From an uncultured bacterium (GTDB taxonomy: Bacteria > CSSED10-310 > CAZUFC01): DNA of 64,000 bases. A model generated the notes under the pieces. It was not told the DNA's origin. It made no database searches and was given only the letters and a program-made list of their open reading frames with translations. A program made the position numbers and the translations under genes. This document shows positions 17,801-26,815 of the stretch, piece by piece. Where the stretch lies: NCBI GenBank assembly GCA_964619725.1, contig CAZUFC010000002.1, positions 49,057-113,056 of the forward strand, written 5' to 3'. Numbering within the stretch: the stretch's first letter is position 1; each line of letters opens with the position of its first letter.

Positions 17801-20109
17801 TTTGAGACAGTGTTGCTCTGTAATGTCGCAAATACGTTTCGCGAATAATATTCTCTCAGGTATATGCCGTCATCGCCGTTTTCATGCACGGTATTGTTCG
17901 TGATAAAAAATTCTCCGTAATCGGCCCCGCTGTGCAAACATGAAATACCCTGCCGGTAATTGTCGTGAATATAGTTGCCGTCAAGGAAAACGGCGGTATC
18001 CCCCGGCGTTTCCACGTATATTCCGTGGCCGTCGCTATTGCTTCCGCAATCAAAAACCTCATTACCCATGATGGTGATGTCTTCATCGGAAGACCTGCCG
18101 GTGATGCCGCGGTAACGGTGATTGGCTATGACACTATTTTTAATTGAGGGGGAGGCGTTCGTCAAAGTGATGCCGGCGTAAGCCCATTGGATATCACAAT
18201 TGTCCAGCATGCACAGATCGTCATCCGAAGAAAGGAATCGAATGCCGTACCAGTCTCTCGAATTCGGAAAAGCCTGGTCCGTCGTGAAAGTAATCTCATT
18301 TCCGGGTTCCCCATCTGCGATAAGTATTCCCTCAACGCGCAATTCGCATCTCGAAGTATCCGCTCCGCTCAATGTGTCGTCCCGATGGGCCGTGAAAGTC
18401 ACGGTGGTTCCCGGAAGTATCGTCAGGGAAATATTGGGAGGAACAACGACGTCTCCGGTAACGAGTATATCGCCGCTCCAGGTTTCGTCGCCCGACAACG
18501 CGCCCCAGTTGTGCACCGCTGTCTCATCAATGTCTACGACGGCCCCAGCATATGGAACTTCCATGTTCAGATCATAGTCAGTGACCCTGGATTGAAGCGT
18601 ATAAGAACCTTCTATGTCCGCCAGCCAGAGATACGTCCAACTCTCCTGACCGTTAGCCGGTTCTCCGCCGCCGCCATCTATGACTACGTCTACCCAGAAT
18701 ACCCCGGCAGCCGCCTGCGCCAGCCCGTTTACGGTAATAATGCCCGGAGGAAAACTGTCGCCGTCCATGGGGTCTATGATGAACGACATCGGGTCCTTCG
18801 AAGTATCGATTTCCGCAGCCTGATGACCGCGCCAATCCACAACGCCCTTGTTTTCATCATCATGAATATCGTGAATCCTTGTCACCGGCGACGAATATCC
18901 ATTCGCATTCATCTCCGCAGTCGCATCAGCTCCCCACCAGCAATACCTGGCATCAACGGCATAACTCGAATCGTTGTAAAATTCATAATTATCGTTTCCG
19001 TAAACATTGTTGTAATAGAATCCGCCCACCGTTCCGCAACCCGTGAAAAACGCGCCGTATCCCTCATTCGTATGAATGCTGTTATGAATGAATGTCCCCT
19101 GGCCTCGCCTGAAGTAAACCCCGTGATTGTCGTTTTCATAAATTACGCTTTTCGTGCAGGAAAATTTCGTGCCGCTCAATACATTGGCATACAGTCCGTA
19201 AGAAGCATTGGCATAAATTTCACAATTATACAATGAAATACGGCTCTCATAATTGGACCCGTAATAATCCACATACGACTCGATGCCGTTTCCCCCGTTC
19301 CCGTAAGAAATCAGGTTCTGCACGCTGATGTCCGACTCCCTCGTATAATAATCCCGTAAATAAACTCCATCGTCGCCGTTGTCGAAAGTTACATTATCGA
19401 TTAAAAAAAGCTCCGTATTATTCGCTCCGGAATGTTCACAATAAATGCCCCGGTTGTAATTATCGTGAACCTCATTCGCTTCCAGCGTCACCGTTACTTC
19501 AGAGGGACACTGGATGTAGATGCCGTGACCGTCACTGCTGCTGCCGTTCGTGTGCACCTCACTGCCTTCTATCGTCAGATTAAACGCTGACGGGGAACCC
19601 GTTATTCCCCGATAATGATTGTTCGCTATCAAACAATTCAATATGGCGGGTGATGACGATTGAAGACTCACGCCCGAATAAGCCCATTGAATATCGCAAT
19701 AATTCATGACGCAAAAAGGATCGTATGAATTGACGAATCGAATGCCGTACCAGTCTCTCATCGCCGGCAGCGTCGAAGTCGAAGTAAAAATAATCTCATT
19801 TCCGGACTCCCCTTCGGCCGTCAAAACACCCTGGTCGATTATCAATTCGCACCGGGAAGCGTCCGCTCCGCTATGAGTATCGTCGCCTAAAGCCGTAAAC
19901 TTCACGACAGTTCCTGGATCAATCGTTAAAGTGATTTCATCCGGAACCCTCACATCTCCTGTAATAGTAACGATGCCGCTCCAAGTCTCATCCTCCGTCA
20001 GCGTCCCGCTCGTTGTCTGAGCAAATGAATTTCCAGCATCACAAACCAGGACTCCGAAAATCGCAAAACTCATTAAAATGAAACATTTAACTAAATTGGA
20101 AAATTTCAT
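14887..20109 (-). CDS. 1740-aa secreted protein: three beta-helix modules with Ig-like spacers, PT linker, dockerin-like domain, C-terminal cohesin-like domain
   Basis: Three long repeats (DExWSG...TLTIxPGT...SRCEL...DWYGIRF...CDIQWA). Twin Ca-loop-like motifs GDLDDNGRLTPQD and ADCNADWDVTPAD. Final domain carries DAFG/VGAF/LVDDI. No TM tail. Confidence 0.8.
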   Translation of the reverse strand: MKFSNLVKCFILMSFAIFGVLVCDAGNSFAQTTSGTLTEDETWSGIVTITGDVRVPDEITLTIDPGTVVKFTALGDDTHSGADASRCELIIDQGVLTAEGESGNEIIFTSTSTLPAMRDWYGIRFVNSYDPFCVMNYCDIQWAYSGVSLQSSSPAILNCLIANNHYRGITGSPSAFNLTIEGSEVHTNGSSSDGHGIYIQCPSEVTVTLEANEVHDNYNRGIYCEHSGANNTELFLIDNVTFDNGDDGVYLRDYYTRESDISVQNLISYGNGGNGIESYVDYYGSNYESRISLYNCEIYANASYGLYANVLSGTKFSCTKSVIYENDNHGVYFRRGQGTFIHNSIHTNEGYGAFFTGCGTVGGFYYNNVYGNDNYEFYNDSSYAVDARYCWWGADATAEMNANGYSSPVTRIHDIHDDENKGVVDWRGHQAAEIDTSKDPMSFIIDPMDGDSFPPGIITVNGLAQAAAGVFWVDVVIDGGGGEPANGQESWTYLWLADIEGSYTLQSRVTDYDLNMEVPYAGAVVDIDETAVHNWGALSGDETWSGDILVTGDVVVPPNISLTILPGTTVTFTAHRDDTLSGADTSRCELRVEGILIADGEPGNEITFTTDQAFPNSRDWYGIRFLSSDDDLCMLDNCDIQWAYAGITLTNASPSIKNSVIANHRYRGITGRSSDEDITIMGNEVFDCGSNSDGHGIYVETPGDTAVFLDGNYIHDNYRQGISCLHSGADYGEFFITNNTVHENGDDGIYLREYYSRNVFATLQSNTVSNNSGNGIELSCDSYGSGYHVDFEIDDCEIYSNSANGLRISAMSETRVRCTNTSIHHNQNHGIYMNSGLGLFFQNDVYDNADYGALLSASVGVHRFYCSNIYGNDTYEMYNDCSYAVDARNCWWGSLTTAQMNAWGYSADIWLLYDIHDYYTKGMIDYRGWKATPVDTSKELVSYIIDPMHGMTLPMGDVSVKGIARGYSGIMLVDISTDGGSSWAPALGRESWRHTWYPSAAGTYNLLSRAQGNDYNVEIPGPGVTVEIDDGLIHAWGTLHSDEVWSGIVVVTGDVIVPEGLTLTIMPGTYVLFTALRDDAISGLDTSRCELIVYGTLIADGAPENEIVFRSEETFPEKKDWYGIRFVNSNDDLCVIDHCDIQWAHIGISLEDSSPLITGTRIGNHWYRGISGRHSLHDFYMAGNEIFECGSNSNGYGIYLEGRSETLATLEGNHVHHNYHTGINCDQSGLNYPQLLILDNTCNDNGDDGIYARVYYTRNSSATLSGNFSYNNAGDGLQIYADNYGSGYYLDIEADWNDFYMNGSSGMNVNVRYQATLTATGNVSHYNEEYGLYFKGGVGTFSFNHIYWNENCGVRFDDTAALTIFNNNEMYNNETYEMYNNSGQAVTAQYCWWGAQATAQMDAYGYPYNIERIYDIHDNASRGQVDYRYWQAGVLPSITPTSGPSATPGPPTATPTITPTGEPPTATPVTPTATPEPTATITPTLICWNDGDLDDNGRLTPQDAQIAFDIYLESITDPTHDELCSADCNADWDVTPADVQCIFQHYLELDCDCVDPVQKTGKSGEYLERLAASDQSGALLDRYTKSVQNEKIRTPSEGLLFVDLVYDEDSNAALLKIAITPLEKPVDAFGLTLNLPGNISEISSGEFAENIAGWAFTGLEHHGDKIIVGAFDPDSELAPGKEWMIALIAFHTKDKAEITDHEFKVTAEDLVDDIEGFETVCNSSRNEIGSLGGNPLYRED

Positions 20110-20399
20110 GTCCTTCCTCCTCCATGTTGCAAAATTCTGAAATTTCCAAAACTAATATCCGTTCAACGCATTCTCATTAATCCCTAATTCTTCAATCTGT
20201 CGAGAATCTCCTTCATTTATACCTCAGAAGAAACAAAAAATCAAAAATTGGCAGGAAATGAATATTATGGTTGATAGTTCGTTCTGAGGGGTTTATTATA
20301 TTTTCGTGTGAGTTCTGTTTCCGCACGTTTCTTTTATCATGGAAAACAACGCAATTATCCGGCAATGATTTTGAAGAGGAGATATAAAGGGGGAAAACA

Positions 20400-21605
20400 A
20401 TGGCGAACGTCAAAAGAAAAAAAGGTATAATCGGGATACTTACCGGAGGCGGCGACGTTCCGGGTTTGAATCCTGCGATCCGGGCGGTTACGATTCGGGC
20501 GATCCGTGAGGGATATAAAGTAATCGGGATTCGCAGAGGATGGAGTGGTCTGATTGAATTAATCAGAGATAAAGATGCGCCGAACGAACAGTATTGTCAG
20601 GTATTGACCGAAGAAATCGTGAACAAGGTGGGAAGAACCGGCGGGACATTTCTTCATACATCCCGAACGCGTCCCAGCAAAGTTCCTTTCGTGAATGTGC
20701 CTGAACATCTGCGCGACAAATACAAAGAGCCTTATAACGACCTTACGGAAGAAGTCTTGAAGAACCTTGATTTCCTGGGTATAGACTATCTGATTCCGAT
20801 AGGAGGAGACGATACTTTGAGTTATGGGGCTCAGATGCACGATGAGGGATTCAAAGTCATCGCCATTCCGAAAACCATGGACAACGATGTTCCCGGTACC
20901 GATTACTGCATCGGTTTCAGCACGTGCATCACTCGTATCGCCAGTTTCACGCATGCTCTGAGAACTACGGCGGGATCGCATGAGCGTTTTCTGGCCATAG
21001 AGGTCTTCGGCAGGTACGCGGGATTCACGGCCCTTCTGCCCACCATGGCCGGAGGAGCGAATCGTTGCGTCATTCCGGAGCACAAATTCGATATAGAAGT
21101 GCTGTGTGAATTAATGACTAAAGATCGTTACACCAATCCCAGCCGTTATTCCGTCGTATTAATTTCCGAAGGAGCCATGTTTGAAGGCGGAGAGATGGTT
21201 TTCGCAGACGACAAAGAGGATATGTACGGACATAAAAAACTGGGCGGCATCGGAGACCTGGTCGCCAACAGACTGAAAGAGTTATCGCCGAAGTTCAACA
21301 ACGGTCGCGCTATTAATGTGATTAATCAACGATTAAGCTATATGGTTCGCTGCGGAGACCCCGACGCCATCGATTCAATCGTTCCCATGGCTTACGGCAA
21401 CATCGCACTGGATATGATACTTGAAAATAAACACGGCCGTATGGTCTGCCTGCGAAACGGCCAATACGATCATGTCCCCGTCAGTGTCGTCACAAGCATG
21501 AAAAAAGTCGTTGATCTCGACAAATACTACAACTGCGAAAGATTACGGCCGAAATACAAGAGCTTCCTCTACAAACCCCAGTTGATCATGACCAGCGAAT
21601 TCTGA
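20400..21605 (+). CDS. pfkA: 6-phosphofructokinase, probably PPi-dependent
   Basis: ILTGGGDVPGLN, GGTFL, GGDDT, PKTMDND and EVFGR motifs. Confidence 0.9.
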   Translation: MANVKRKKGIIGILTGGGDVPGLNPAIRAVTIRAIREGYKVIGIRRGWSGLIELIRDKDAPNEQYCQVLTEEIVNKVGRTGGTFLHTSRTRPSKVPFVNVPEHLRDKYKEPYNDLTEEVLKNLDFLGIDYLIPIGGDDTLSYGAQMHDEGFKVIAIPKTMDNDVPGTDYCIGFSTCITRIASFTHALRTTAGSHERFLAIEVFGRYAGFTALLPTMAGGANRCVIPEHKFDIEVLCELMTKDRYTNPSRYSVVLISEGAMFEGGEMVFADDKEDMYGHKKLGGIGDLVANRLKELSPKFNNGRAINVINQRLSYMVRCGDPDAIDSIVPMAYGNIALDMILENKHGRMVCLRNGQYDHVPVSVVTSMKKVVDLDKYYNCERLRPKYKSFLYKPQLIMTSEF

Positions 21606-21737
21606 AGATGACGGGAAGAGGGGGAAGATTGGATGACTGGATGGTAGGATGAACGGGTGAGCGGGCGCTTCCCTTCCAACCGCTTTTTCATCCCTCCATC
21701 CTTCCATCCCTCGATCATTCCATTCTCCCATCCTCAT
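21604..21737. repeat. Inverted pair of 8-bp-period arrays between convergent genes
   Basis: Left arm ggaaga/ggatga/ggatgg units; right arm catccc/catcct units, which are reverse complements of the left units. Confidence 0.7.
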
Positions 21738-22765
21738 CTCTGGTCTCGGCGCAGGGTTTCTCCTGCTTTTTCAATTCCTTTCCAGAAGTATTTCATCATG
21801 TCTGCCGCTTCCTGTGACTGATAATACTCTTTATAATTCTTTTCGTAGATGAATCTTCTTTTGTACAGCGCTCGCAGTTTTGCCAGGCTGTCCTCTTTTT
21901 CCGTATATTCATTGATATAAGCGTTAATTTGTCGACGAACGGCTTCGATGGACTGAACGGTTGAATCGTTGATCCTCTTTTTGTAGCAATTGTAGTCCGG
22001 TTCATAATTGAATTCCGCTTTTAAAAATTCAAGATTAGATCGACACAATTCTCGGGGCGATGTTTGATTGTGTTCTCTTACCCATTCGGAAGGCGGAATA
22101 TGAAAGCAGTATAGATGGAAATAATTTTTTTTCTGAATGATCAAAGCGGTGAACAGTTCCGGATCGTGTTGGTCAAACGTGTCGTCAAGTATAGATTGGA
22201 ACTCCTCCCGGCTAATCCGGGATTCCTGATCCAGAAAATCCAGGTGAGAAAAAGCGAACATTCTCGGCACATATTCATGACCGCTGCACGAATCAACTGT
22301 TTTTAATCCTTCTATTGCATTGAAAATAAGCACGGATTTTTCGGCGTTTTCATCTACGGTCATGAAATCTTCTATGGATATTTTATCTGTGATCCTTTTC
22401 AGCTCAATATCCGTTAACTGCAGTTCCGGAAACCTGAACTTGTAATATCCCGCTTCATCCTCCTCCGTTATTATTTTACCGTTCGACAGTCCCATAATCC
22501 TGGCAAAGGTATGTCTTAAATTCCCCGCATCCGGAATTAAAGCTGCATTTTTGAAATGCAAAGCGGCTGCGACGCATTTTTTCAGATGTTGCGGTCCCAT
22601 ATGGCCGTTAGATTCCGTATTAATCTTGACGAGAAAAACGCCTTTTCCTATAAAATCCAGAAAATCGTCAAAATTCCTGCACCGCGTCATAGCATCAATT
22701 ATTCTCCTTTGCGTGGTATACTGATCTATCGGCCTCAGTTCATACTGCCCCATATTGCACCTCAT
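21734..22765 (-). CDS. Hypothetical protein
   Basis: 343-aa ORF with RBS; contains TVDSCSGH; no family recognised. Confidence 0.65.
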   Translation of the reverse strand: MRCNMGQYELRPIDQYTTQRRIIDAMTRCRNFDDFLDFIGKGVFLVKINTESNGHMGPQHLKKCVAAALHFKNAALIPDAGNLRHTFARIMGLSNGKIITEEDEAGYYKFRFPELQLTDIELKRITDKISIEDFMTVDENAEKSVLIFNAIEGLKTVDSCSGHEYVPRMFAFSHLDFLDQESRISREEFQSILDDTFDQHDPELFTALIIQKKNYFHLYCFHIPPSEWVREHNQTSPRELCRSNLEFLKAEFNYEPDYNCYKKRINDSTVQSIEAVRRQINAYINEYTEKEDSLAKLRALYKRRFIYEKNYKEYYQSQEAADMMKYFWKGIEKAGETLRRDQR

Positions 22766-23070
22766 TTTTTTTGAATTGATTTACTTTTGTATTTTTCACA
22801 AGCTTAAACATTTTATCAATTAAGATTCAACCGGTTTCATGATTATGCGACCCTTTCAATTAGAATGTTAACACGATACGACTAAAAAAGGAATGTTTCT
22901 TATGCGAGGACCGCTCCAGACCACGACATTCGTTTGATTTCAAAGAGGATGCAGAACCGTATTTTCCGGAAAGCTGCCGCTTTTTGCTTCTTGAATAAAA
23001 TCAATAAGCGCCGTTTGGACAAGGGCATGAATTCTTCACCATAATGCAATGATGTGAAGCCGTTGACGCT

Positions 23071-24660
23071 TCATATGTCATTCATGTCTTCGGAGCGTTC
23101 ACTCCCTGAGGTTATAATCTTATTGACCGTTTGAAGGCGATGAGTAAGCATGCGAAGGATATTTTCAATATAGGGCGGCAATCTTTTCAGGTTTTGCGTA
23201 AAAATTTCCTTGGTCAGGACTGCGGCTTCCGTATCTTCCACAGCTTCAACTGTTGCGGAGCGGGGTTTGTTGGAAATCAGCGACATTTCCCCGATGATTT
23301 CTCCTTCGCCGCAGGTGCGTAGGACGGCTTTGCCTGATTCATGATCTTTCGTCACCAGGGCCTTTCCCTTCAAAATGAAATATGCTTCGGTTCCCAAAGA
23401 ATTTTCTTCAATAATCTTCTCGCCTTTTCTAAATTTTTTTGTAAGATGCTGAGTCCATTTCCCGGCTATAACGTCATCGATATCCTCCGCCAAATCTTCT
23501 GCCGTCCCGTACCTGTCCTCCCTCCGGCATTGCGTCGCCCGATTGATGATCCGGCATATTTCTTCCGGGATCATTCTTCCCGGATTCCGTTTGTTGGGAT
23601 GCGGAAAATCGGCAGTAATCGCTTTTTCCAATACTTCATAGACGAATTGACCTTCGTAGGGAGCTTCAAGAGTAAAAATGTTATATAAAGCGGCGCCCAG
23701 CAAGAATACATCTGTCCTGGGATCGAATTGTTCATGGTTTCCCATGGCCTGTTCGGGAGAAATAAAGGGCAGCGTTCCCTCGATAACGCCGGGCGGTCTT
23801 TTTAACGACGATGAAATATTTTCCAGGAAACAGCTCTTCATCTTGTCTGGGAGTTTCATGTAATCGCCGAATAAAGCGGCGAGCCCCCAATCCATCAGGA
23901 AAACTTCACCGAAACGTCCGACGAAGATATTTTCAGGTTTTATATCCAGATGAAGGATGTGATTTGAATGAGCGAAAGCGACCGCATCGCACACTTTTCT
24001 GAAGATATTCAAAAGCCTGTAAGTATTGTAGGTTTTCTCATATTCCGTATCCCGGCCTTTCAACTTATCCAGAATGCGGGCCAGGGTTTCGCCCCGGACA
24101 AGTTTCATCGTAAAATAGATGCCCATATCAGGAGCAAACCCCACATCATGAATCGGAACGATATTGGGGTGTTCCAGGAATGCCGTAATCCTGGCTTCTG
24201 TAATGAACCGGTTTACCATTTTTTCATTCTCTTTAAATTGCGGCAGCAGTATTTTCATAGCCAGCGTCCTGTTAAGCAGTTGATCGGATACGCTGAATAC
24301 CGCTCCTGTTCCGCCCACCGCCGAGATTTCTTTTGCGCCGTATTTCTCATCCAGGTTTTTCGTTAATTTTTCATAGAATAAACGCTCAACCCGTGAACCG
24401 GTGAAATGTCCCGGTGGGCGAATATGGACATTATTCTGCTGGTCGTCATCAATTATTCTCCGGGTTTTTAGGTTTATTTTTTGCTTTCTGGAGGTATCGG
24501 CCTTGATGTGATCACCATGGACCGGCGCTCCCGTGGAGTCATCTCTGTTCAGGGATTCCCTTTTCTGTTCATTTAAAAAAGGTTTTTCGGTTCGATCATC
24601 TTTCGACATCATGTTTTGATTGTCGGTTTCTCCCTGTCTCATTTTTTTCTCCTGTTCCAA
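23071..24660 (-). CDS. Hanks-type Ser/Thr kinase with C-terminal cyclic-nucleotide-binding domain
   Basis: GGTGAVF, AMK, HPNIVP, HLDIKPEN, DWG and GTLPFISPE; cNMP motif GEMSL...PRSATV; no TM segment. Confidence 0.9.
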   Translation of the reverse strand: MEQEKKMRQGETDNQNMMSKDDRTEKPFLNEQKRESLNRDDSTGAPVHGDHIKADTSRKQKINLKTRRIIDDDQQNNVHIRPPGHFTGSRVERLFYEKLTKNLDEKYGAKEISAVGGTGAVFSVSDQLLNRTLAMKILLPQFKENEKMVNRFITEARITAFLEHPNIVPIHDVGFAPDMGIYFTMKLVRGETLARILDKLKGRDTEYEKTYNTYRLLNIFRKVCDAVAFAHSNHILHLDIKPENIFVGRFGEVFLMDWGLAALFGDYMKLPDKMKSCFLENISSSLKRPPGVIEGTLPFISPEQAMGNHEQFDPRTDVFLLGAALYNIFTLEAPYEGQFVYEVLEKAITADFPHPNKRNPGRMIPEEICRIINRATQCRREDRYGTAEDLAEDIDDVIAGKWTQHLTKKFRKGEKIIEENSLGTEAYFILKGKALVTKDHESGKAVLRTCGEGEIIGEMSLISNKPRSATVEAVEDTEAAVLTKEIFTQNLKRLPPYIENILRMLTHRLQTVNKIITSGSERSEDMNDI

Positions 24661-24976
24661 AGTTCAAGAACTCCCGTATTCAGGGATATAAAGCTGCAAG
24701 ACCGGCAAGCATTGAGGAGTGGGATGAATCAATATCCGCAAACAGTCATGCGCCTGAACGCGGCGATATCGGGCATGAATCCTGGAAGCTGCTGCCTGAC
24801 TATTAATATAACAAAATCGGGGACCGATCAAATGTGTATTTCAATTTTTGTTAATCGTTTCTTTTCCTATCCGTGTAATTCGAGCGCTCCGTGGTACGGA
24901 TTATGTTTTCGTGGTGACGGCGGAAGAAGAGGCGCTGCGGATGGAGCGGACATCACTGATGAAGAGGAGGTTTATT

Positions 24977-26773
24977 TTAATCCAGGAACAGATTGGGCAG
25001 CATCAGCGATATGTAGGGGACATAAGTTATCATTACGACGGCGACGGCGCGAAGCGCCAGGAAGGGCAAAGCGGCCCTGTATACTTCTCCCAGTGGTCTT
25101 TTGAAGCGATAAGAAGCGAGGAAAAGATTAAGGCCCACTGGGGGAGTCAGATAGCCGAGTTCGAGATTGGTAAGGAATATGACGCCCAGGTGATAGGGAT
25201 TGATTCCGAAGGCGATTCCGAGTGGAACTATAAGGGGGACAACGACGGTAATGGCGGAATAGATATCCATGAAGCACCCGATAATGAGCAAAAAAAGATT
25301 GAGAAGAAGCAGGAAGAGAAATTTGGACTGCACGAGACTTTGTATTCCGTCGACGACGATATCGGGAATGGAAGCGATGACCATAAAATTCGTAAGTCCC
25401 ATCGCCATACCAAGTATCAGGAGCACTCCTCCGATAAGAGCGGCAGCGCTCACAGCCACTTTAGGCAGGTCGCGTCGAAGACTCAGATTTCGGCGAATAA
25501 AGAATTCCAGGCAAAAAGCATAAATTGCGGTAATGGCAGAAGCTTGTACAAGCGTAGCGAAACCTCCCAGGATGCTTCCCAGCACGATAAAGGGGATGGC
25601 GGCTTCCCACTTGGCATCGATGACTGATTTCAGGGCCCTTTTCCATTGAAAGGGGACTTTTTTAATGCCTGCTTTTTTGCTCATGCCAAAAGCATAACCG
25701 GCAATAAGAACCACCAGGAGCAAAGTGGGAAGAAAGCCGCTGACGAAAAACCGAACGATATCGAGTTCACTGACGACGCAATAAAGGATAACCGCAAGCG
25801 ACGGGGGGAACATGAGACCCAGTGAACCGGCGGATGTAAGCAGTCCCGTGGTGAAACGGTGCGAATATTTTTCCTGCATCATCATGGGATAGAGCAATCC
25901 GCCCATAGCCAGGATAGTAACTCCGCTGCCTCCGGTAAAACTCGTGAAAAAAGCGCAAACAAGAACCGCCACCAGGGCGACTCCGCCGGGCATCCAGCCG
26001 AAGAAGCTCCTGAAAAGTTCTACAAGCTTTCTGGGCGTTCCTCCTTCGGCAAGGATGTAACCTGCAAGAGTAAACAGGGGAATAGTGGGAAGTATGGCTT
26101 GCACCGACAGGTTATAAGTTTCAAGCGGAATGGCGGATAGAGGCTGGTAATCGTTCCAGAGGAGAACGGCGGCAAGTCCCCCCAATCCGATGAAAATGGG
26201 AGCGCCGAAGACGACGGCTGCAATGATGATGAAAACGAGCGGCATGGCGAATCCGGCATCTCTGAGATCGAACATGTGACCGGCTGCAATCGGAAACAAC
26301 AAAAATAAAGCTGCAGCCAGACGACCCTTCCAACCGGTGGAAATGTGCTTCAGAATCCTCAATCCTATCACCGCAAATCCGATCGGCATGATGGCTTCCG
26401 CTATCCAGACCGGTATCCCGAGAGCCAGCGTTCTCCCTCCTTCATATTCCACCAGCACGAAGTCCAGACTCCCTTTCGCCAGTACCGCGCATACCGTCAC
26501 GCTAACGCCGGATGAGAAAACTTCAGCGATTTTCTTTACTTTACCCTTTAAAAAAGCCCCTGTGGACAGCGAAAGAAGCTCTCCCCTTCTCGCTCCCAGC
26601 GCGGCGCCCAGAAAAGCCATCCAGAGCACCAGATGCTGCACGAACATAGCTGCGCCCGGAATGCCCCGCGGGATAAATTTGCGTATGACTATATCAAGAA
26701 TGGGCAAAAACGCCGTCAACATCAATGCCGCAACAGCTATTCCGTTTTCCAGGCTCGCTAATTTTTTCAACAC
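24977..26773 (-). CDS. TRAP transporter fused DctQ-DctM permease
   Basis: Many TM helices; DctM motifs AGSLGLMFPPS and LGYLTPPVGLNLF. Confidence 0.9.
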   Translation of the reverse strand: MLKKLASLENGIAVAALMLTAFLPILDIVIRKFIPRGIPGAAMFVQHLVLWMAFLGAALGARRGELLSLSTGAFLKGKVKKIAEVFSSGVSVTVCAVLAKGSLDFVLVEYEGGRTLALGIPVWIAEAIMPIGFAVIGLRILKHISTGWKGRLAAALFLLFPIAAGHMFDLRDAGFAMPLVFIIIAAVVFGAPIFIGLGGLAAVLLWNDYQPLSAIPLETYNLSVQAILPTIPLFTLAGYILAEGGTPRKLVELFRSFFGWMPGGVALVAVLVCAFFTSFTGGSGVTILAMGGLLYPMMMQEKYSHRFTTGLLTSAGSLGLMFPPSLAVILYCVVSELDIVRFFVSGFLPTLLLVVLIAGYAFGMSKKAGIKKVPFQWKRALKSVIDAKWEAAIPFIVLGSILGGFATLVQASAITAIYAFCLEFFIRRNLSLRRDLPKVAVSAAALIGGVLLILGMAMGLTNFMVIASIPDIVVDGIQSLVQSKFLFLLLLNLFLLIIGCFMDIYSAITVVVPLIVPLGIAFGINPYHLGVIFLTNLELGYLTPPVGLNLFLASYRFKRPLGEVYRAALPFLALRAVAVVMITYVPYISLMLPNLFLD

Positions 26774-26815
26774 GATTTTCCGGTTGATGTCATGTAGACT
26801 GAGTATCCTTCGTAT

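Noticed and set aside
18187-19236. 349-aa plus-strand ORF and other long antisense ORFs (e.g. 24848-25627, 6070-6423, 9918-10271)
   Set aside because: They are shadows of well-supported genes on the opposite strand and have no recognisable motifs.
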